Shown here piece by piece: positions 58,310-64,000 of a stretch of 64,000 bases of DNA. A model generated the notes under the pieces. It was not told the DNA's origin. It did not search any database and worked only from the letters and a program-made list of their open reading frames with translations. How positions within the stretch are numbered: position 1 is the stretch's first letter; each line of letters starts with the position of its first letter. Source of the DNA: Polyangiales bacterium (GTDB taxonomy: Bacteria; Myxococcota_A; Polyangia; Polyangiales; Polyangiaceae); contig JBBRNJ010000030.1 of assembly GCA_038230375.1 (NCBI GenBank), forward strand, positions 29,513 through 93,512, in the 5' to 3' direction. The translations under genes and the position numbers were made by a program.

Positions 58310-60076
58310 CTACCCCTCGATCACGTCGTCGATGTTGTCGGCGTGCTTGTGCGGGAAGCGGCGGTCGGTGGGGTACGGATAGAATGGCAGGTGCTCGCCT
58401 GCGGCCACGCGTGACTGGATGTCACGCCAGTAGTCGGCGGTGAACAGACCCGGGTGCTCCTCGTCGAAGAGCTCCTTCGTGCGGGCCTTGGCAAACAGGA
58501 ACGGCGGCATCTCTTCCGGGAAGATGTCGTTCGGGCCCACGGAGAACCATGCCTCGGCCCTGTACTCGTCCTCGTCGTGGACGGGTGTGGGCAGGCGGCG
58601 GAAGTTGCAGGACGTGAGCGACTGGATCTCGTCGAAGTCGTAGAACACGACGCGGCCGAAGCGCGTGACGCCAAAGTTCTTGAGCAGCAGATCGCCCGGA
58701 AAGATGTTCGCGAGCGCGAGCTCACGCATGCAGTTGCCGTACTCGCGCATCGCCGCGCGCAGCTCGTCGTCATCCTTGGCGCGCTGGACGTACAGATCGA
58801 GCGGGACCATGCGCCGCTCCACGTACAGGTGCTGCAGCACCACGTTGCCCGCCACGTGCTGCAGCATGGATGGAGCCTTGGTCTCGAGCTCGGCGAGGAG
58901 CGCGGGGTCGAAGCGGTCCTTCGGGAAGGCGACGTACGAGAACTCCAGCGTGTCGGCCAGGCGCCCGACGCGATCGTGGTTCTTCACCAGGCGGTACTGC
59001 GCCATCACGGTCTTGCGATCCACGTTCTTCGGCGCCTCGAAGCGATCGCGGATCACCTTGAAGACGTATGGAAACGACGGCAGCGTGAAGACGACCATCA
59101 CCATGCCCGGAATGCCCGGCGCGGAGACGAAGCTGTCGGATGAGTGCTGCAGATGCTCCGTCATGTCGCGGTAGAAGAGTGTCTTGCCCTGCTTCTGCAG
59201 GCCGAGCGCCGTATAGAGCTCCGCGTTCGGCTTGTCCGGGAAGATCTGCCGCAGGAAGCTCACGAAGGCCGCAGGCACCTCCATGTCCACCATGAAGTAC
59301 GAGCGCGCGAGCGAGAAGAGCGCGCCCAGCTCCTGACGGTGGAGGAGCAGCGCATCCAGATAGAGCTCGCGACGCGCGTTCTGCCGGATGGGAACCGCGA
59401 AGGGCGTGCGCTCGTACCCGTTGATGATCATGCCGATCATGTAAGCGGCCTGGTTCCGGTAGAAGAGCGACGACAGCACCTGCACCTGCACGTTGTCGTG
59501 AACGTCGGGATTGCGCGCGAAGAAGTCCGACATGGCGCGGATGACAGCGGCCAGATCGCGCTCGAGCGCCTCCCACGAATTGGTGAGGCCCAGGTCCGTC
59601 ACCATGCGACGGAGCGTGGCGCGAAGGCCGAGCGCCTTCGGGTAATACGCGCGATACGTCGGCTGCAGCGCTGGGATGTGCTCCGTCGAGACGATGGAAC
59701 GCAGGAAGAGGTTCTCGTTGTTGTAGTAGCGCCGGTGGAGAACGCGGCTGGCGACCGAGTTGAAATAGGTCTGCGCCAGCTCCGGTTGCTGATGGTTCAC
59801 GAGCTCCGCGATGAACGCGCGCTTGATCGGCGACCAGTTCTGCTCGTTCGCAGCCTCCGGAAACGCCTCGACACGCACGACGCCCTCGGTCACGCGGCGA
59901 TCGTAGAGCTCGATGCGCTCGACACTGGCGCGCTGCACCGCAGCCCAGTCACCAAGCTCGAACCGAAGCTTGGCCTCCGAGCTGATCGTGCGAAAAGATC
60001 GATAGTGCCGATCGAACCCCTCGACGATCGTACGAGCAATCTCCTGAAGAACAGCGCTCTCCAAGCGGAGCAGCAT
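58310..60076 (-). CDS. aceK: Bifunctional isocitrate dehydrogenase kinase/phosphatase
   Basis: LSSLFYRN, YFMVDME.P, GLQKQGKT, APGIPGMVMVVF, HDRVGRLADT, NIFPGDLLLKNFGVTR.GRVVFYD. Confidence 0.96.
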   Translation of the reverse strand: MLLRLESAVLQEIARTIVEGFDRHYRSFRTISSEAKLRFELGDWAAVQRASVERIELYDRRVTEGVVRVEAFPEAANEQNWSPIKRAFIAELVNHQQPELAQTYFNSVASRVLHRRYYNNENLFLRSIVSTEHIPALQPTYRAYYPKALGLRATLRRMVTDLGLTNSWEALERDLAAVIRAMSDFFARNPDVHDNVQVQVLSSLFYRNQAAYMIGMIINGYERTPFAVPIRQNARRELYLDALLLHRQELGALFSLARSYFMVDMEVPAAFVSFLRQIFPDKPNAELYTALGLQKQGKTLFYRDMTEHLQHSSDSFVSAPGIPGMVMVVFTLPSFPYVFKVIRDRFEAPKNVDRKTVMAQYRLVKNHDRVGRLADTLEFSYVAFPKDRFDPALLAELETKAPSMLQHVAGNVVLQHLYVERRMVPLDLYVQRAKDDDELRAAMREYGNCMRELALANIFPGDLLLKNFGVTRFGRVVFYDFDEIQSLTSCNFRRLPTPVHDEDEYRAEAWFSVGPNDIFPEEMPPFLFAKARTKELFDEEHPGLFTADYWRDIQSRVAAGEHLPFYPYPTDRRFPHKHADNIDDVIEG

Positions 60077-60077
60077 A

Positions 60078-60207
60078 CGACATCGACGACGACTTCGACC
60101 TCGACGACGACATCGACCTCGACGACGACATCGACCCCGACCCCGACCCCGACCTCGACCCCGACCTCGACCTCGACCTCGACCTCGACCTCGACCTCGA
60201 CCTCGAC
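60078..60207. repeat. Intergenic hexamer tandem repeat (NNCGAC)n, about 21 units
   Basis: CTCGAC/CCCGAC/ATCGAC/GACGAC units abutting the aceK ATG. Confidence 0.95.
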
Positions 60208-60250
60208 AAAACGAGGAACCCCGACGGACCTGAGGTCTGCCGAGGTTCGG
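60208..60250 (-). terminator. Rho-independent terminator of rplS
   Basis: Minus strand GAACCTCGGC-agacc-tca-ggtcc-GTCGGGGTTC followed by CTCGTTTT; a second hairpin TCGGGC-gtga-GCCCGA lies just upstream. Confidence 0.6.
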
Positions 60251-60276
60251 GTCGCGTCGGGCTCACGCCCGAAGGA

Positions 60277-60630
60277 TCAATTATCTTTTGCGTCGCGGAC
60301 GCGGGCGGCCTTGCCCTGGAGGTCGCGCAGGTAGAAGAGGCGAGCGCGGCGGACGACGCCCTTGCTCACGATCTCGACCTTGTCGATGCGCGGCGTGTGG
60401 AGCAAGAACATGCGCTCCACGCCGACGTTGAAGCTGATCTTGCGCACGGTGAACGTGCTGCGGGCGCCCGCGCGGTGACGCTTGGTCACGACGCCCTGGA
60501 ACACCTGGATGCGGTCCTTGTCGCCTTCGACGATCTTGTAGTGGACGCGCACCGTGTCACCCACGCGAAACTCAGGCAGGTCCGTGCGAAGGAGGCCGTT
60601 TTCGAGCTGTTCGATGATCGGGGTGTTCAT
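60277..60630 (-). CDS. rplS: 50S ribosomal protein L19
   Basis: [45 protein letters not shown]. Confidence 0.98.
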   Translation of the reverse strand: MNTPIIEQLENGLLRTDLPEFRVGDTVRVHYKIVEGDKDRIQVFQGVVTKRHRAGARSTFTVRKISFNVGVERMFLLHTPRIDKVEIVSKGVVRRARLFYLRDLQGKAARVRDAKDN

Positions 60631-60691
60631 GGCGGAAAGTCCTCTACCTGAGCGGCGCGATGGCGCGGCTGCCCGCAAAACGCGGGGAGCG

Positions 60692-60722
60692 GGCTTAAAC
60701 CACGCCGAACGCCCCCTGTCAA
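60692..60722 (-). promoter_or_regulatory. Candidate sigma70 promoter of rplS
   Basis: TTGACA (60717-60722, minus) followed by a weak -10 (TTTAAG/TAAGCC). Confidence 0.4.
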
Positions 60723-60837
60723 CGCGCCGCACCCATTGCGGCGCCAGGTGGGGCCTGCGCGGGCGTGCAGGTTGGGGTTGGAGACGGCGTTTTGGGCTTT
60801 GCGGGGCCGCGGTGATCGATATCGTCGGCAGTCGATC

Positions 60838-61308
60838 ATGGGACCGGTACCTTGCAAGCGCTGCGGCGCAACGATGCAACCTGACGCGCTCGCGCGCACC
60901 TATCACTGCCAGTATTGCGGCGACGTCCAGCAGGTGGGCGTGCATGCTGACCAGATCGCGGAGGGCATGGCGCTCGACCTCTCGAACGTCGACAAGTTCC
61001 TCGCGCAGCTCGCGAACACGCTGAGCCAGGGCTTCGCGGAGTTCTCGCACATCGAGGCGCAGAACGTGGGCGGCGTACAGGTGCCCGTGTCGATCGAGGT
61101 GCGGCTCGAGCCCGACGTCTTCACCGCCGTCCGCGCTGGCAATCGCGCGCAGTGCTTCCACAAGAAGGTGGTCCGCGGCGTCGCGCTCCGCACGACGGAG
61201 ATGCCCATCGATCAGTGGGTCGAGAAGCTCCTCGACGGCCTCGCGTCACACGCGAACGAGAGCGCACGGGCAGCATGGGTGCTCGGCAAGCTCAGCGGCG
61301 GAAAATAG
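60838..61308 (+). CDS. Zinc-ribbon hypothetical protein
   Basis: CKRC-x12-CQYC; C-terminal [15 protein letters not shown]...L...A. Confidence 0.75.
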   Translation: MGPVPCKRCGATMQPDALARTYHCQYCGDVQQVGVHADQIAEGMALDLSNVDKFLAQLANTLSQGFAEFSHIEAQNVGGVQVPVSIEVRLEPDVFTAVRAGNRAQCFHKKVVRGVALRTTEMPIDQWVEKLLDGLASHANESARAAWVLGKLSGGK

Positions 61309-62175
61309 ATGACGGAGCAAGAAGACAAGCAGAGCCAGCTGGCGGTGCAGCAGGGTGGTATCCCGCTCCGCGCGCAACGCCGGATGGCGGAGCTCGGGGC
61401 CGCGCCGAACGGGCTCTTCACCAGCACGCTCTCCGCTGCAGAAGGCGTCATCGCCAAGGCCGCCGGCCTGGAGGTGGTGAGCCAGGTGATGGGCTCGTCG
61501 ACCTACCACGTGGGCTTCTCCGGCTACGTGGGCACGTGGAGCGGCGGTGAGCTCGCACCCCTCACGCTCGCGCACGAACGCGCACGCCTGCTGGCGCTGT
61601 CTCGCATGGAGCAAGAAGCCATGCTGCTCCGCGCGCACGCGGTGATCGACACGCGCTTCATGTCCCGCGCACATCCATGGGCGGACGATCTGATCGAGTA
61701 CACTGCCGTCGGCACCGCGGTCCGCTTCCGGAACGAGCCGCCGCCGCAGCGCCCCGCGCTCACATTGCTCCGCGCCGACGAGTACTCCAAGCTGCACAAG
61801 GCCGGGTACGCGCCGCTCGGCATCGCGATGGGCAACTGCTTCTGGTTCGACCCGCACGCCGACTGCTCACGCGACGGAACGTTCTTCTCGTGCGAGCTCC
61901 CCATGCACACCGCGGCCTCGCAGCGGGCGCGCGATCTTGCCGTGGGGCGGTTCCGCGCCTCCGCGCAGAAGTTCCAGGGAGCCAGCGGCGTGCTCGGCGT
62001 GCGCTTCCACCGCAACGTCTACTCGCACGAGCACGACGGCCACTGCCGACTGCACGTGGACCTCATGATCATGGGCACTGCGGTCACGCGTAAACCGGGG
62101 AAGCACGATCCCCCGCGCCCGCTTCTCGTCGTCGATCTACGTGACCGCGGCACCACTCGAGGATATCAGCCATGA
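61309..62175 (+). CDS. Tandem YbjQ/UPF0145 (heavy-metal-binding-like) domain protein 1
   Basis: FTSTLS..E...AG.EVVSQVMGSSTYHVG, AR.LAL.RM.QEA..L.A.AVI, EYTAVGTAV; second degenerate repeat. Confidence 0.82.
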   Translation: MTEQEDKQSQLAVQQGGIPLRAQRRMAELGAAPNGLFTSTLSAAEGVIAKAAGLEVVSQVMGSSTYHVGFSGYVGTWSGGELAPLTLAHERARLLALSRMEQEAMLLRAHAVIDTRFMSRAHPWADDLIEYTAVGTAVRFRNEPPPQRPALTLLRADEYSKLHKAGYAPLGIAMGNCFWFDPHADCSRDGTFFSCELPMHTAASQRARDLAVGRFRASAQKFQGASGVLGVRFHRNVYSHEHDGHCRLHVDLMIMGTAVTRKPGKHDPPRPLLVVDLRDRGTTRGYQP

Positions 62176-63026
62176 GCAATCAGAGACCGCAGACACAGAG
62201 GCAGGCGCTCCCCCAGCACGCGCTCGAGCGCATCCAGCGCATGCGCCAGCAGGCCGCGCAGAACCGCTTCTTCACCAGCGACCTCAGCGTGAAGGAGTTC
62301 CTCCTGGTGCGCGAGGCCGGCTTCGAGTGCCTCGGCCTGGTGATGGGCTCCAGCATCTATCACGTGGGTTATCAGCGCGGGAATTACTACCAGAACATGG
62401 AGATGGGCGTGCTCACGCAGGCGCTCTACCAGGCGCGCGAGCTCGCGATGGCGCGCATGGAGGAAGAGGCGCACGAGCTGGGCGCGGATGGCGTCATTGG
62501 CGTGCGGCTCAACATCAAGCAGCACGAGTTCGGCGAGTCGCTCGTGGAGTTCGTCGCCATCGGCACCGCGGTGAAGGCACGCGAAAACGCTGCGGGGTCC
62601 CCGGGGGGCAACGGCACGTGGCGCGCACCGAACGGCATGCCGTTCACGAGCGATCTCTCCGGCCAGGATTTCTGGATGCTGCTGCAGAGCGGCTACCGCC
62701 CCGTGAGCCTTGTGATGGGCAACTGCGTCTATCACATCGCTCACCAGTCGTTCGGCGGCTGGCTCTCCAGCGTCGGCAACAACATGGAGATGACGAACTA
62801 CACGCAAGGCCTGTACGACGCGCGCGAGCTCGCCATGGAGCGCCTGCAATACGAGGCGCAGCTGGATGGCGCGCAGGGCGTGGTCGGCACCGAGATCCAC
62901 GAGACCACGCACGGCGGCTGGGACTCCCACGTCATCGAGTTCTTCTGCGTGGGCACCAGCGTGCTACCGATCAAGGTCGATCACCAGCCGCCGGAGCCGC
63001 AGCTGGTCATGTCGGTGACGGAGTGA
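62172..63026 (+). CDS. Tandem YbjQ/UPF0145 domain protein 2
   Basis: FTSDLS twice, ARELAM.R twice, GADGVIGV, EFVAIGTAV; ATGA overlap. Confidence 0.88.
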   Translation: MSNQRPQTQRQALPQHALERIQRMRQQAAQNRFFTSDLSVKEFLLVREAGFECLGLVMGSSIYHVGYQRGNYYQNMEMGVLTQALYQARELAMARMEEEAHELGADGVIGVRLNIKQHEFGESLVEFVAIGTAVKARENAAGSPGGNGTWRAPNGMPFTSDLSGQDFWMLLQSGYRPVSLVMGNCVYHIAHQSFGGWLSSVGNNMEMTNYTQGLYDARELAMERLQYEAQLDGAQGVVGTEIHETTHGGWDSHVIEFFCVGTSVLPIKVDHQPPEPQLVMSVTE

Positions 63027-63832
63027 ATCCGGGAGGGCCGCAAGGCTACATTGCACCCAACGGCATGATGATGATGCCGGGCCAGGGCCCGGGGCACGTC
63101 TTCACGTCCGACCTCTCCATCGACGAGATCTTGCTCGTGGAAGAGGTGGACTTCGAGCCGCTCGAGCTCGTGCTCGGCTCCGCGTACTTCAACGTGGGCT
63201 GGCAGAACGCTCCATGGTCGCAGAACATGGAGATGCTCGAGGTCTCGCGTTTGATGTATACTGCACGCATTACGGCGATCTCGCGGCTCGTGCAGCAGGC
63301 GCAGACCTTCGGCGCAGACGGCGTGGTGGGCATGCGTCTCGACATCGAGCGCCACGGCCACCGCGCGGAGTTCTCCGCCGTGGGCACCGCCGTCCGCAAG
63401 CGTGATGGCGCCGGCGCGAAATGGCACGACGCGCACGGCCGGCCGTTCACCTGCGATCTATCGGGGTCTGACTTCTGGGCGCTCGTTCGCGGTGGCTTCC
63501 GGCCCGTCTCGCTCGCGCACGGCGTCTGCGTCTATCACATCGCGCACCGCAGCTTCTCGCAGTGGCTCTCCGGCATGGGCCAGAACATGGAGATGCAGGC
63601 GTTCACGCAGGGCATGTACGACGCGCGCGAGCTCGCGATGGAGCGCATGCAGGAAGAGGCCCGCGCCTCCGGCTGTGACGGCATCGTCAACGTGAAGCTG
63701 CACGAGTCGGCGCACGGCTGGGACTCGCACATCGTGGAGATGCTCGCCGTGGGCACCGCGGTCGCACGCATCAACGACGCGGCACATGAAGTCCACGACA
63801 AACCGAAGCTGGTGCTCTTCGCGCAGGACTGA
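63023..63832 (+). CDS. Tandem YbjQ/UPF0145 domain protein 3
   Basis: GTGA overlap; FTSDLS / FTCDLS, GADGVVGM, ARELAMERMQEEA, GTAV twice. Confidence 0.88.
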   Translation: MNPGGPQGYIAPNGMMMMPGQGPGHVFTSDLSIDEILLVEEVDFEPLELVLGSAYFNVGWQNAPWSQNMEMLEVSRLMYTARITAISRLVQQAQTFGADGVVGMRLDIERHGHRAEFSAVGTAVRKRDGAGAKWHDAHGRPFTCDLSGSDFWALVRGGFRPVSLAHGVCVYHIAHRSFSQWLSGMGQNMEMQAFTQGMYDARELAMERMQEEARASGCDGIVNVKLHESAHGWDSHIVEMLAVGTAVARINDAAHEVHDKPKLVLFAQD

Positions 63833-64000
63833 GTCGGTCGCGTCGGTGTCAGCGGTCCTCTAGCACTACTGCGGGATGTCGCCGTCCCAGGCGCGAATCT
63901 ACGCATCAATCGCGCCGTGGCAACGGGACAATACCCGGCGTATCCGGGGACCACTGGCGGCAGCGAGCAACAGACGCCAAGCGTCGCTCGTTCGCTTCAG

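Noticed and set aside
21961..60207. Repeat tracts as CRISPR arrays
   Set aside because: 6-bp period with no unique spacers and no cas genes
21817..60334. ORFs encoding (ST)n, (DF/DL)n, (VE)n or (SR)n peptides (e.g. 21817, 21951, 42343, 42531, 48237, 59949)
   Set aside because: They are translations of the stop-free hexamer tracts and overlap real genes; no independent coding evidence
63833..64000. Possible minus-strand gene end (…IRAWDGDIPQ*)
   Set aside because: In-frame stop ten codons upstream and too little sequence at the window edge

Overview
High-GC window whose gene content points to a myxobacterium of the Polyangiaceae/Sorangiineae type (inference from the many Hanks kinases, PEGA/TPR proteins, Cys-rich lipoproteins with DAG linkers, and a type III PKS). 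About 60 CDS can be supported. Housekeeping anchors are rpsT, rplS, aceK, yacG, a MutT-type NUDIX and a TrmH methylase; most of the rest are accessory envelope or signalling genes. No tRNA, rRNA, CRISPR array, integrase or transposase was recognised. Best candidates for something undescribed: (1) two loci where a kinase or pseudokinase sits divergently from a tandem lipoprotein pair with a constant N-terminus and variable C-terminus; one is a mirror-symmetric PEGA-kinase | lipoprotein-lipoprotein-kinase-PEGA cassette and the other displays a 10-Cys scaffold with variable loops; (2) a coupled operon of a Zn-ribbon protein plus three double-YbjQ paralogs; (3) four intergenic (NNCGAC)n hexamer tracts, all between co-oriented genes; (4) a GCTANNNT -10 box 5-9 nt upstream of many start codons, suggesting widespread leaderless mRNAs; (5) a barrel-lipoprotein-sphingosine-1-phosphate-lyase operon. 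All product calls come from motif recognition by eye; no database searches were run.
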